A program made the position numbers and the translations under genes. 64,000 bases of DNA from Felis catus (lineage: Eukaryota), in assembly GCF_018350175.1 (NCBI RefSeq), contig NC_058368.1, forward strand, positions 34,660,001 through 34,724,000, read 5' to 3'. Shown here piece by piece: positions 40,044-53,376 of the stretch (the first letter of the stretch is position 1; each line of letters opens with the position of its first letter). The notes under the pieces are model-generated. The model ran no database searches and had not been told where the DNA came from. It worked only from the letters and a program-made list of their open reading frames with translations.

Positions 40044-41259
40044 TAAGAGAAAATGTTCATAGGTATGTTTTATTTTATTAAATAATAGAAGACTTGAGTC
40101 CAGAGACAAAAACATGTCTAAATTTACAAAATGAGTCAGTTTGGCTAATGAGTATGCACAATCTAAGAAATCTTTTGCCAAGTCTAGTGAACCTCCCAGC
40201 AGAAGCACTGCTATGTAATAATGATTTTGGAAAAAGCACAAGTGAGAGCAGAAATGATGGTGGCTCCTAATTCAGCTTTGGCTGACGAGCTAAATGAACT
40301 GGCAGCATTTATAGGACAGGGACAAGGAGGAGTAACGATAGCCAACTTTCTATGCAGACTAATACAACATTTTCTTTAGCAGAGTAAAGTGGTGGAAAGT
40401 TTATTCCATTTTCAGATGCCTTTTGTTCAGTGCTTCCTAAGTGCAGTTTGCCATGGAATATGTCTATATGCTGGAAAGTTTTAGTAATTAGGAAGAGCCT
40501 TAGCAAACTTGCAGTAACGTCAGGTTTGATGAGCGCTGGCAGGTTTTGGATCCCTTGCACCAGGGATTAGCTATTTCCAAAGGTTCTTAGTAGAAGAACC
40601 TGCAGGTCAAGCCACGTGCCTAGGCCAATCAATTCTAACTCTGATTCTTCAAGGTACCTGCAGTGCAGGGATGTGAAACAGAAAATGAGAGTGAAGTAGA
40701 GGACTGAGTATTTATCCTATTTAACATTCTGGTTAATCTACCGTGAATCAGGACTAGACAAAGGTAGGGGCAATATTCTTTTGAATTCCATCTCCAGGGA
40801 CTAAACATAGACATACATTTGGGCAAGTATTTTAATTTTATAGTTACTTTTTACAGAAACAACCTCACCACATTTTATTATTCTTTTAAAAAAGACTTAC
40901 TACTCTGACAGATTCCTAACTAATGATATAATTACTTCATTAGGTAGCATAATTAGAAATTACTTGAAGTATAAAGAGTGCCTGGTAAAGAAATGCTTAA
41001 TTTACTAAATAATTTCAATTCAACTGATTATTAAGTTAAAATCAGAAGTTGCTGAAAACCTCAAGTAATGGTTTTTACCAGTGCCACATGATAAAGTAAT
41101 TGCTCAATTAGCAATTAGTTACAAATAGCCGTGCCCTTTATTTTTACTTAAAATAAGTAAGCTGATTTCCATTCGTCAAAAATGAATATTAATTAGATGC
41201 GAAAGTAAAAAACATCACACCTTGTTAGTAGAACCTACAGCCACACAGAAGTCTGTTTG

Positions 41260-41322
41260 GTTTTTGTTTTTGTCTTTGTTTTTTGGTTTTTGTTTTTTGT
41301 TTTGTTTTGTTTTTTTTTTTTT
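41260..41322. repeat. (T4-6G)n low-complexity tract
   Basis: Directly visible. Confidence 0.85.
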
Positions 41323-41449
41323 GGAATTATGTATAGAAATAAGAAACTTTTTCTCCTTTACTCCAGAAACATGGGAGAGAGGGCGAAATTCTGTCTTAAG
41401 CTTGATTTTTCTGACCATCCTTATTAAAGTGAACTAAATGAATTTTTAC

Positions 41450-42590
41450 TATTTAGAAGATAAATACACCACAGAATGATCAACACAATAAGTCTGATTA
41501 CCACTGGCCACCAGACATGGTTATAATTTTTTTTTATGCTAAGAAATTTAAAAATGTACTCTTTTAGCAACTTTCAAATATGCATACAGTATTGTCAACA
41601 ATGGTCATCATGCTGTACGTTATATCCCTAAGACTTGTTTATTTTATAACTGGAAGTTTGTACCTCTTGACCCCCTTCACCCATTTTACTCACCCTCGAG
41701 CCCCCTCCTCTCTGGCAACCACCAATTATCTTTTCTGCATCTATGAGTTTAATATTATATTGTTTTGTTTTTTAATTTTTTTGAAGGTTGTTTACTTATT
41801 TTGAGAGACAGAGAGAGTGACCCAGGGAGGGGGAGAGAGTGAGGGAGAGATAGAATCCCAAGCAGGGGCTTGAATTCATGAACCCTGAGATCAGGATCTG
41901 AGCTGAAACCAAGCTACCCAGGAGCCCCTAGGTTTTGTGTTTTGTTTTTTAGATTTCATGTATAACAAATCATAGGGAATTTGTCATTATCTGTCTAACT
42001 TATTTTACTTAGCATGATACCCTCAAGATCCATTCATTTGGAAATGGAAAGATCTCCTTCCTTTCTATGGCTTTCGTCTATTGTAAATAATGATGCAACA
42101 AGTATAGGGATGCATATGCCTTGTGAAGTAGTGTTTTTGTTTTCTTCAGATAAATACACAGAAGTGGATTTGTTGGATCATTTGGTATTTCTGTTTGGAG
42201 TTTTTGGAGGAAACCTGCACACTGTTTTCCACAGAGGAGGCACCAATTTACATTGCCACTAACAATGCATGAGGCTTCCTTTTTCTCCACATGCTTGGAG
42301 ACACTTGCTATTTCTTGTCTTTTTGATAATAGCCATTCTAAAAGGTGTGAGGTGACACTGCACTGTAGTTTTGACTTGCATTTCTCTGATGATAAGTGAG
42401 ATTGAACATCTTTTTATGTCCCTTTTGGCCATCTGTATGACTTCTTGGGAAAAATGTCTGTTCAGATTATCTGCCCATGTTTTGATTGGATTTTTTTTCC
42501 ATTAAGTTGTATGAGTTCTTTGTATATCTTGGATACTAACCCCTTATTGGATACATGATTTGAAAATATTTTCTACCATTTTTTAGGTTG
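41450..42590 (-). mobile_element. L1 (L1MA9/L1_Carn-like) 3'UTR plus ORF2 end
   Basis: tcttttagcaactttcaaata...catgctgtacgttatatccc; accaatttacattgccactaacaatg; gataatagccattctaaaaggtgtgaggtg. Confidence 0.9.
41770..41929 (-). mobile_element. Internally deleted CanSINE nested in L1
   Basis: Tail and gagaga tract, agaatcccaagcag, head cccaggagcccc; middle segments missing. Confidence 0.85.
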
Positions 42591-42606
42591 AGATGTGTAC
42601 TATTTT

Positions 42607-42815
42607 TTTTTAATTTTTTAATGTTCATTTATTCTTAAGGGAGAGAGAGAGACAGCGTGAATGGGGGAGGGGCAGAGAGAGAGGGAGACACAGAATCTGA
42701 AACAGGATCCAAGCTGTCAGCACAGAGCCTGACACAGGGCTCAAACTCATGAGCTGTGAAATCATGACCTGAGCTGAAGTTGGACGCTTAACTGACTGAG
42801 CCACCCAGGCGCCCC
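42607..42815 (-). mobile_element. CanSINE
   Basis: 16-bp TSD agatgtgtactatttt (42591-42606, 42817-42832). Confidence 0.96.
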
Positions 42816-44359
42816 AAGATGTGTACTATTTTAAGTTATGTTATTGCTTTATACTCAGAGTATGTTTGAAATGAAAACCCAAGTTATCATTTCTTGTGCA
42901 TGAGCTTCTTAAAGCCAAGAAGTATGTATTAATGATTATATGTTCTTGGGCACTTGAACAATGCTTGTCATATAGCAGGTGTTTAGTGGGGGGAAAAAAG
43001 GAAGAACTGAAGGAGGAAAGGAAGGAAATAAGAGGTGAGAAGAAAAATAGGGAGAGAAGTAGGAGAAAAAAGGAAGGAAGGAGGGAGGGAAGTAGTAACT
43101 AGGAAAAGAAAAAGTGTAGAGAAACAAGGGGAGAACATAAGCTGCTTTTAGTCTTGTATGTATAATTTAGATAGAATTCACCAAAATTGGAGAGTAAGTT
43201 GTAATTATTGGAAAGGATATTGATTTATCATTCCCAAAGAAGTCAACTCAATAAAATATCACCCTACCATCTCCAAGTGTCTCTTAAACTTTGATTACTA
43301 TTTCAAAAGAAATATGTGTTTGTATTTGGTTAATTTATAAAATTTTGCATTAAAATTAAATGCCTTCTTTATAAGAACTAACTTCAAAAATGGAAACAAA
43401 TAGCGTTATGGATTATGTATGTGTCAAAAGTATTTGTACACTGGAATAGCTACGGGGATTCTTAATTCAGTTTGTATCACCTTCTATCACTAATCAAATG
43501 GTTTGCTGACGGCTGAGAACCTTGAGAATTCAAGTATATTGATATCTGTTACTTAAACATGAATATAAATTTCTTTAACCTTGAAAACTATGTTTGTTTT
43601 TTTTAAAAGGAAACAGTAAGATGTCTATTCCTCACATTCTGTTTGAAGATAAAATGTATTTACCTGATTTTAAAGACTGACATGAATGGAGTGTAGAAAG
43701 CACAAAATTTCATTATTTATAATGCTTTCTACATGTTTTACTAATTATATGATAAAATAAGAAAGAATAAAGAATATCAAATATTTTTATAATTTTTAAC
43801 TTGATTTCCATTATAGAAATTATCTCACTTTTCAATTTATTCCCACTTATCTTTAATTACTTTTGATTTACTGAGTTAAGGTAATTTTCACATTTATTTC
43901 AGAGGCTGATGGGCACCAATGGGGTGAGTGAGTGTACCAGTGACACACACATGGTGTAGAGGCAAGACCATAAGTTTCTCAGTGAGCTCATTTCGGCAAA
44001 TGAAGTATGCAGTTAAGTTTCATGCAATATGACAGGGTATGTGTGGTCTTCAGGGCAGCAACAAAGATTGAGACTACCCCGGTGAAGAGGTGAAGAATCC
44101 AGTGGGGAAAAATAGAGATGATAAAAACATACTTAACACTCCAGAGCACAGGAGTTTGTTAAGTAGTTTGTGAGTTTCTTTGGAATTTGGTGGAATCAGC
44201 ATGTAAACAATCTCAAGATCATCCCCCCATGTTTTCACATTCAGATCACCAAACTGGTGGCATCATTTGAGAGTTTTGAGGCTCTCTTATCTGTTTAATT
44301 TGAAGTAATCCTTCACTCTCTAGCCTTATTCCATCCTACAGTATTTCTAGTATTTCAAA

Positions 44360-44510
44360 ACAACAACAACGATAGCTACCAAAGATTGTGCCAGGTCTTA
44401 TACAGTCATTATAAACATCCTCTTTCAAACCCTATGAGGAAGCTAGATTGTGTTCTGTTTATATGAGGAAACTAGTATCGTGTAGGTGTTTGAAGCGGGT
44501 AAGATTTTTA
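44360..44510 (-). mobile_element. MIR fragment
   Basis: tgtgccagg...aaaccctatgagg...atatgaggaaact. Confidence 0.65.
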
Positions 44511-44789
44511 ATTGCCATTTCATATGCTCCATTTGGTTGGTGGTTCAAATATTCTGAATTCAGTTCAACAAAGTATACAATGAGCATCTACTATTCTGCA
44601 AAGATTCAGCTGGCCACAGGGGGAAAAAATAAATGAATCCAGAACTGCATATATTTTTCATATGCAGAGTAAAGTAGAATTATTAGTTGCTTAAAATAGA
44701 CTTGAGAATGTTAAATTACTGCAGTAAGATGCATCTTAATGATAATTATAACCCTAAATATCAACATTTTAAAAAATGTTACTTTTTAA

Positions 44790-45030
44790 AGCAAGTGCTT
44801 ATGCAACACATACATATGCTATGTACTGTTCTAAGTGCCTAGAATATTTAGTCTTTTAATCTTCATAAACAAATCTACAAAGAAGGAACTATGATCTTTC
44901 ACCAAAAAGGAAACAGACACCAAGAGATTAATAAGCTTGTTCAAGGTCATACAGTAGAATGATGCGTCAGAGATTTGCAACCAGGCATCCCGACTCCAGA
45001 CTCTCCTTAACCACAACACTGCACTGCCTC
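44790..45030 (-). mobile_element. MIR, near full length
   Basis: actgttctaagtgc...ggaaacagacac...cttgttcaaggtcatacag...gatttgcaaccaggc...gactccaga...cttaaccac. Confidence 0.85.
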
Positions 45031-45564
45031 TGCTGGCTTGAGCTTCCTCCCACTGAACGTTTATTCTCTTGAGATAATCTGTACAGTTATCCCAAACTGA
45101 CTACGCTGAGAACACTAGCTACCTAAGACACTACACCTCCTTCATTCACTCTTCATCATGTCACCTTCATCCTCCTTATTTTAAATGCATTTCTCCAGGG
45201 GTATGGTCATAGATAACTTTGCTTTTTATGTGTTTGTGTAAATTAAGTATCCTTAGAAACTTGAAAGAGCAAGACAGTAACTAGAAAGGGCATATTTAAA
45301 TAGGTTATTAAACACCAATGTGATTTTTCAAAAGCAGGCAACCCCTACAGATAAACATATACACTCCTTAAGTATATAAATTATTTATGATTTTAAATAT
45401 CTTCTCAGAAAAGTGAAAGAGATTTGTACCAAATGCAGAGAAATTTAAGACAAGATTAGTCTTTCTAGGGACTTCTTCCATCCTTTTAATTCAGCATGTA
45501 TGCTTTTTACCACATACACACTCTGACTTGCTCTAGTGTATACTGGAGAAAGGGAAACTATATC

Positions 45565-45770
45565 TAATGTTTACTGAATGCCTGCTAGCTAGCAGGCACT
45601 TTCATATATGGCTTCTAATTCTAACAATGATTGATAGTATTATTATTCCCATATCATATATTGAGAAATTGGGGCATTGGTGGATTAAGTGACTTGCCCA
45701 GAGTCACACAGCCGGTTAACATTGGGCAGCAAATTCTAACCTAGGTTGACCTACCCTAGTGTGCCAGGCT
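45565..45770 (-). mobile_element. MIR fragment
   Basis: tttactgaatgcct...attattcccat...ttaagtgacttgcccagagtcacacagc. Confidence 0.8.
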
Positions 45771-46636
45771 TGTCTGGACATTAAGGAAAAAAAAGGACAA
45801 CAGGAATGTAATTGAGATAACCTTTCTGGACACATAGACTCTCTGAAGCGTGCATATTACTTTTTTTTTATTTCCCTTGTACTTATTTTATTTGTAGATT
45901 TTTTATTTCTCAAGTAGCATTTTGTGGCCAATATTCCATATTGTCTATTTATCTACAAGGTCATAATTTGCATTCTTCCCTTTTGCAATTGAGCTAAATC
46001 TGAGATTTTTTGCCTTTTCCTTTACAGTCTGTGCCTCAGAAAAGAAACAAATGTATTTAACAATACACATGGTATTATAAGCGCCACGAGTAGTCATGTC
46101 TCAGGGTCACTGTTCAGCTCACACGGATCCCCCTTCTCTGTAAATTGCCTGTGCACAAAAGGGAAAACTTCCAACCACCTTATTGTTTCTCTATGGACTT
46201 TTTTCTTAATGGTGACTAACAGATCCAAAGGGGGCATACCTGGTCCAACCTGGGTCAGTCAGGAGTTTTAACATTTTAATATGAGAGACAGAAACCAAGA
46301 GTTATTAGAGGTCAGTTCATGCTCACTTGAATACTCTTGTTGTGTAAGCAATAAAACTCTGTTGAAAATTTCCCAGAGCAGCCCTGGTTTAGCTTTATCC
46401 CTAGATGTGCATATTTGTTTTCTAATTCATTTTCACTTTGGATCTGATGAGCTACAACTTTCTATTGCTTGCCATGAAGAGCATGTTTACTCCTAGATAG
46501 CTATGATTTTAAGGATATCAAAAACCATGTGGAAAGATAAATTCCCCAAATGAGAAATATCCATAATGGGAAGGATGACCCACTGGTAGATTTAGGATTC
46601 ACGTATTTTGTGATAATAACTTCATTACATGTTAGG

Positions 46637-47122
46637 TGTCTTAGTTTACTATTACTGCTGTAACAAATTACCACAAACGTAGTGGCTTCAGCAAAGCAAA
46701 CATTTGTTTTTCTTCCACTTCTGGGGTCAGAAAGTCAAGGAGTCAGGAGGACTATGTTCCTTCTGGAGGCTTCAGAAGAGAAATCTGTTTTCTTGCCTTT
46801 TCCAGTGTCTAGAGTCTGCCTACCTTCCTTGGATCATGGTCATTTCCTCCATCTCCAAAATGCTTCATTATAATCATTGATTTCTTATTTATATCTATTT
46901 TTTCTGACTTTTGTCCTCCTACCTCCCTCTTATAAGAACCTATGTGATTATATTGGACCAGGAGGGATAATTCAGGATAATCTTCCTAGCTTATTTTCTT
47001 AACTTGATCATATGTGTAATGTCCCTCGTGAGATAACATGTTGACAGATTCTGGAGATTAGGATGTGGATATCATTTGGAGCTGTGTGGATGACTTGGGG
47101 GGGTCATATATAGCCTACCACA
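46637..47122 (-). mobile_element. MLT1 (B/C/D-type) MaLR solo LTR
   Basis: tgtcttagttt...gctgtaacaaattaccacaaac.tagtggctt start and ...gcctaccaca end, as in antisense MLT1. Confidence 0.85.
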
Positions 47123-47466
47123 CTATAAAATGTAGACTATTGTGGTATTGGTAAAAGGACCGCTGAGAATGATGTTTTGCATTGTTTTCAATATATTAGC
47201 AAATCTCATTAGACTAGTAAGGCTTCCTAGGATTCCACAAACCAAAGAAGGTTTTGATTTCTATGCCTTACCAAGAACTCTCAAGAGAGGACCAATGAAG
47301 AACAACACAAAATATACGATCTTTCTATCACTTCATGTAACAAAATATCTTCTCTTTTTGACCTCTTTTACAGAAAAAAAAAATTGGTAAGTTCAAAGAG
47401 AGTGAGAACTCTGGCATTTGGTATATTTAAATTAGTGAACCTGTCCAAGATGATTTACAAGTTAGT

Positions 47467-47570
47467 CTGCCACAGCCCCCATCTCCAGCAGCAGTGAAAG
47501 CGAGCACTCTCTCATTCACATCCCCATCAGGGACAGGGATGGGCCCTTTATACCTAAATTTCTGCCTGTT
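47467..47570 (+). repeat. 104-bp dispersed direct repeat, copy A (copy B at 50493-50596)
   Basis: Manual alignment: 7 substitutions, no gaps. Confidence 0.93.
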
Positions 47571-48433
47571 TGAAATAAAGCTGGATTTGGAGAAAATGAA
47601 GTAAGTGAAGTGTCCTCAAGTTTTAAATCAGTCAACACCCATGGGTTGTGTATGCTCTTGTGAACACACAACTTGAATCAAATTTTAATAATGTTCTTAC
47701 TGTCCTCCAAAGATCAGATCCATCCAAGACAAATGCAATGTCATTTTATAAAAAGCTTCTATAATGCTCAAGGAACACCATTAACTTTGTGAGTTGGTGC
47801 AATAGAGGAAATACAATGTTCTTGGTTTTAGTAAACACAGCTTGTCATTAAAAGTTGATTTTTTAAAAGAAAAACATATCTGGATCTCCGATTGAATAAA
47901 AATGAGTATCGAATGACATTTGAAGTTTGTTGAGCACGAGTAATTAAGGCCCAGATGCTCTACTTGACCCTCTGCCTGCACACTGTCAAACGGTCCAGAT
48001 TGTCAACACTTGTTTACAGCAACCCTGATCAGAGAGGTCCATAACCCCAGGTTCTTAATACCTACAATTGTCAATCACTACAAACACAGACTCTACACCA
48101 GTGACCTTTGTGAAGCAGAATAAGCTCTGACAGATTTGATAATAGTGAAATATCCTAGGGCATGCCACACTCACTACTATGATCATTCACTTTTTTAACC
48201 CCCCCAGTACTGGTAAATACAAAGTCAGCACTTCTCTCTGATTTTTCCATCACTGCTAAAGTAAAAGGGAGTTTGGAGACTATAATCTGAACACAGACAA
48301 AACTCACTTTTAACCATCCAAATACTATGTATGCTAATCAAGTAATACATTTCCTTCAAGAGGCCCCTCTGTGTGAGATAGTGGAAAAAAGCATGGAATT
48401 TATAGTAAGATACAGGAAATTCAAGTCGTTTTT

Positions 48434-48435
<2 letters not shown>

Positions 48436-48466
<31 letters not shown>

Positions 48467-48487
48467 ACATGCATGTGTGTGTGTGTG
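48436..48487. repeat. (TG)n-cacatgca-(TG)n microsatellite
   Basis: Directly visible. Confidence 0.95.
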
Positions 48488-48539
48488 TTTTATAAAAGTC
48501 ACTTAATTTTTGAGTTTCAGGTACTGTACAATAGTGTTA

Positions 48540-48710
48540 GGAATTGTTAGTATTTTTGAGCACTTTAACATATATGTGGTTCCAATCGCATTGACTAATA
48601 ATCTTCAAAACAATCTTATATAGTAGATAATATTATTATCAATATTTACCAATAAGGAAACTGAGGCTTAGATAGAGTAAGTAAATTGTCCACGGTCTTA
48701 TCAACAGAAT
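48540..48710 (-). mobile_element. MIR fragment
   Basis: attattatc...ataaggaaactgaggcttaga...aagtaaattgtccacggtc. Confidence 0.8.
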
Positions 48711-48839
48711 GATAAACACACTTCAAAAAAGTTTAGATTCAACTGAGATTCAAGATACTGACTTTCTTGAACCTTTAAACTCAAAGTAGATTATAAGATT
48801 TGTTGCACAGAGCATTTGATGTGGATATGATGTGATTCA

Positions 48840-49020
48840 GTCATCACTATTAACTACTATGACTATGGTGTTAGGTAAATTATTTAACCCCAATTATTAT
48901 CAGTAAACTCATTTTTAAAATAAAAAATATTATAATGTTTTCTTTGTGCATTAAATGAGTCAATGCATGTGAACGCTGAGTAAGGTGCATGACACAGAAT
49001 AGAAGCAAATAAATTATCAT
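48840..49020 (+). mobile_element. MIR fragment
   Basis: ttaggtaaattatttaacccc...attaaatgagtcaatgcatgtgaacgct. Confidence 0.7.
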
Positions 49021-49200
49021 GTCCATTCCCTTTCTCTCCTTTTTTGTTTGCAGGTAGACTGGAAAAGCAAATAGTCATCATTCCAAATTTTGTATCCACC
49101 CTTTAATAATTTAGTGGATGAAATTACTTTATCCTCTTTTATTATCACAGTATGGAGATCATTATATAGATTGTGGGAGACATTAAATTAGACACAATTT

Positions 49201-49360
49201 GGGGTACCTGGGTGGTTCGATTAGTTACGCATCCAACTTGAGCTCAGGCCATGATCTCACAGTCTGTGAGTTTGAGCCTCGCATCAGGCTCTGTGCTGAC
49301 AGCTTGGAGCCTAGAGTCTGCTTCAGTTTTGTGTCTCCCTTGCTCTGTGCTCCTCCCCCA

Positions 49361-49413
<53 letters not shown>

Positions 49414-49441
49414 ATAAATAAATATTTAAAAATTAAAAAAA
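49201..49441 (+). mobile_element. CanSINE
   Basis: ggggtacctgggtgg head, long (CT)n, A tail; decayed TSD aaattagacacaattt / aaagtagacatggttt. Confidence 0.95.
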
Positions 49442-50399
49442 AAAGTAGACATGGTTTACACACACTAGCCTGTGGTTGGGATGGATTATGAGTTTAACAA
49501 CTTCTGTTCTCTCTCTGTCAAAGTGACTCCTATACCCTGCCACGTAATGTGTTGTTTAGTTGAATGGGTATTAAAAAACGTGCAGGTGCAAAAAGAGATG
49601 AAAAATGTTTACTCCTTAACTTGACAAATATGCACCAAGCAACAACTTTGTGCAGTTGTGGTACTCTGTAATGACAGTCCTTGCTGGAAAAAACAAAAAA
49701 ACAAACAAAACCCAGACTAGGTTCACCGAACTCACATCCACAGTGGAGAGACAGAGATGAAGCAACAATTATATAGATGATTAGTATGTTACATGCTAAG
49801 AAGAAGAAAAACAAAAAGGAAATTGGGATGGTGTGACACTTAGAAAAAGGGTGTTTGGAAGGAAGGGAGCCAACCACGCAGAGCAAAAAAGTGTCCCAAG
49901 CTATAGAGTATCAGGAAAACAAGTTCCATGTGACAAAAATTACCTAAGGGGTGAATTTTGTTTCTTTCAAAATCAACTTTCTCAAGAAAAAAATTACATA
50001 AAAATGCACCCATTTTGCATGTATGATTGGATAATAGTGATGATACATTTTTAAGATACACTTTTTGTAATTGCTCCCAGAAATTTTTCTTTTGATTTTG
50101 AATAAATTTAGTTTATTAACAAAATTTCTTGCCCTTTCACAATGAGTGTGAATTATTTTAAAATCAGCTTTCTTTGCTCCACTTTTTTTCCCCTTTTGCC
50201 TTTTTCTGTTGTCTCTTCATTTCACTATAACTTGTCTCGATAATATATATTTTCCTCATATTTTCTTGTTTCTGCCATCTTACATAAATACATATAAATA
50301 TATATTTGCTTCCTCCTTTTCTAGGTTTTTCTCACTATAAATAATTCTGAAATCACACAAATGCGCACACGTGCACACGTTTTAAAGCTGTTTGGGAAA

Positions 50400-51080
50400 G
50401 CTCCTTGGGAAAAATTACTCTTATATGACTGTTTAGTCAAATGTGTTCCATTATTTTATTCATGGTTGGTACCAGGCTGTTTTCTACAATGGCTGTCACA
50501 GCCCCCATCTCCAGCAGCAGTGAAAGGGAGCACTTTCTCATCCACATCCCCATCAGGGACAGGGATGGGCCCTTTATAGCTAAATGTTTGCCTGTTGGAT
50601 AAGGAATAGTGACACTTTTAAGACTGCTTTGATTTTACTTCCTTGATTAACACTAAGTTTGGGCATCTCTTCAAGTTTCCTGGCAATTTGGATTTGCTCT
50701 TCTGTGACATGCCTATTAATATGTTTTTCTTCATTTTTTTCTTTCATGTTGTTTATCCTTTCTTATCAATCTTTAAATACTTCTTTTATTTTTTATGCTT
50801 CATAGGCAGATTTTCCTGTATTAAGTATTATTTTTACACTGATAGTATTTTTTAACATTTTTAGTATTGTAATTATGGGTTTTACATTTAAATATTTAAT
50901 TTACCTGGAATTTACATCGTGTATAATGTAGGACAGAGCCTACATCTTGCCTTCTTCCAGATGCCTATCCGTTTCTGTCAGGACCATTTATTGAATAATG
51001 AATCCTATTGCCACTGACTGGAGACATCATTACATATTAAACCCTCAAATGTACAAGGATCTATCTCTAGATTCTCTTTG
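50400..51080 (-). mobile_element. Ancient L1 (L1ME-like) ORF2 fragment
   Basis: ggcaatttggatttgctcttctgtga; tttacatttaaatatttaatttacctggaattt; accatttattgaataa. Confidence 0.7.
50493..50596 (+). repeat. 104-bp dispersed direct repeat, copy B (embedded in L1)
   Basis: About 93% identical to 47467-47570. Confidence 0.93.
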
Positions 51081-53328
51081 AAGGATAGTTTTAGAAGACT
51101 AGTGAGCCTATCTGTCAGTACCATAGTGAAAAGGGAGACGGTGGCATTAAATGTACTTGAATAAGAAGATAAAGCCACATCACACAGGGCCGTGTAGACT
51201 CTTCTAAAATAAATTCGAAGGAAGTTAATCTAGTTAAAAAAATTATGTCTGTGGTGCCAGTGGCTGATATGGGAGAAAGGCGATAGGAGAAAGAAGACCC
51301 ATGTTAAATGGCCAACTCAGAAGTCCAAACAAAACATAATGTGGCAGAAGAGATGGAATAGGATTAATTCAAAATATTTGGGGCCTTTGGGTAGTCGTTT
51401 GTTATCTAGGGTAATTTAGACAACCCAGATATTATTGGTTCATAGTGAGCTGAGCCACAGTGAACGGGTGTATAGTAAATTTCAGGTTTCTGAGCTGCTT
51501 AGAGAATAGAGTTTCTAATAAATCAGAAATGCTAGTTACCCAATACTTCATCAAAAAACTTCTGTGTTTTAGCATTGCCTGTTGATGATATTTCCAATTT
51601 GTATTCATCACCTTTCCTGAGATAGTTAAGTTCAGTTTATTGAAGGTAATTGAATCTTTCATGATTCAGAATCCGCAATGCCTCAGGGACATCATTCTAA
51701 ACATCAATCCTCATTTTATGGCCATAGATCAGACTGAAACTCTAGTGAATATAAGTAAAACTCTGGAAATTGCATTTTTACCAAGCCCTGATATTAAGCT
51801 GGTTTTTTATTTCTTTTTTGGGTCAGTTTAGTATTTTTTTCCCTAAAAAGCTGAGGGTGTGACAATTTTGGTTAACTGAAGTTTCCGGCTTATTGTCATA
51901 TTTATAATGTATTAGGGGATACAAATCCTTTTTCTTAAGGGAAATTTATTTCTGTTTTTTTCAGTTAATTCAAATACAATGTGGAGGCTTTAGTGAGAGT
52001 ATGGGGAAGAAAATGATGGGGGAACATAGATTTTTGTTTTAGACATTAACAAAATGATATCAAGTTGGATTTTGGCCTGAGGAAACAGAAAACCTGAATC
52101 GTCTCTGCTATCAGTCAGTCACTCCTCTCCTGCAGTTCAATGTGGAGGTTTGTTACTGTTAGGCTGGGGCTCTGAACCAAAGTGTGTAAGTTTAACAAGC
52201 TACATTGGGAGAAACGGATATTTCTTTTTATTTAAACACAAGGTGGTCTCAAGTCTAGAAATGCAGGTGTAGAATACCCAGCCTTTGACCTTTGACACCC
52301 AGACTCAGCCAGTTCTCTTCTAGCAGCAAGAATAGGCAACCCCTAGGTCATATGAGTCCTCACCAAGTAGAGACAGTTCAGGAAAGAACTTTCTGTGATG
52401 TTTAGGGGAAAAGTATCTAAGCCTCAAACTTAAAGATTTTCAGGAGGGGGACAGTGCACATGGAAGTAACCTTCAGTTGAATCTACCTTGACTGCGCACA
52501 TAGATAAGGGGACCAGCTGTGTCACATTTCTCCAGACTCACAGCAGACAAAGAGATACAGAAAAAGACAAAGAGACAGATGTCAAGAGTAAGATGAAAGA
52601 GACAGTTTTTGAGAAATGAGTGGGAGGAGCCCAAGCTACTTTATCACTTCGTATTTATCAAAAAGTTCCAGAGAGAAAAAGCCACCTATTCCCCAATATA
52701 GACTACCCCTCCAGCTAATGATGCACCACAACAAAAAGCCATCTAATTAGTGTCCTTTGATCGATCCAATTAACACTTTCCTTTGGTGGTGGTACTGTGT
52801 GGTAGTGATGGGTGTCATGATAATTGGAGAAGGAGAAAAAGCTAGAAACTTTAAACTCTTTTCTCTTTAAAACCAACAGTATACATCTTACTAAAGAATG
52901 GTACTTCTTTAACTCAGAAGTCAATGCCCTTGCAACAAATGCACAGCTTTAGGATAGGTGTTCAAGGAGCAATGAGGATAAAAGTCATATCACTTAACTA
53001 ATCTGGTGAACAGTAGCAACCTTGGAGATCAGTGGAAGATCAGATGCTCCAGAAAGATTAATAACATGTTCTATAGCCATTATTATGATGAACAAAAGTA
53101 TAACTTATTAGGGATCTGAGACTGAATATTCGAAGTAATTTTGCCATGCATTAGTGCTTTCTAGAATGTCATTTTAAAAAGAGGAATTAGATATGGAAAG
53201 GGAGCAAAAGGGACACTAGGCAAAGAGCAAGGGTAAGATAAGAAAGACAATAGAAAGCATATTAGAATAAAAGTGGTGACTCCCTGATCCCTTCCCCCAC
53301 CCTGCAGCCCACCCCACCCCCTGCCACT

Positions 53329-53330
<2 letters not shown>

Positions 53331-53376
<46 letters not shown>
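53331..53376. repeat. A30 homopolymer followed by (GAAAA)3
   Basis: Directly visible; no SINE or L1 body recognised upstream. Confidence 0.95.

Noticed and set aside
45990..46030. Plus-strand branch point, pyrimidine tract and acceptor
   Set aside because: No good donor at exon distance.
46180..46490. Possible old ERVL/LTR16-like fragment
   Set aside because: Resemblance too weak to call without a profile search.
52286..52298. DR1-like nuclear receptor motif tgacctttgacac
   Set aside because: Single imperfect motif with no independent support.
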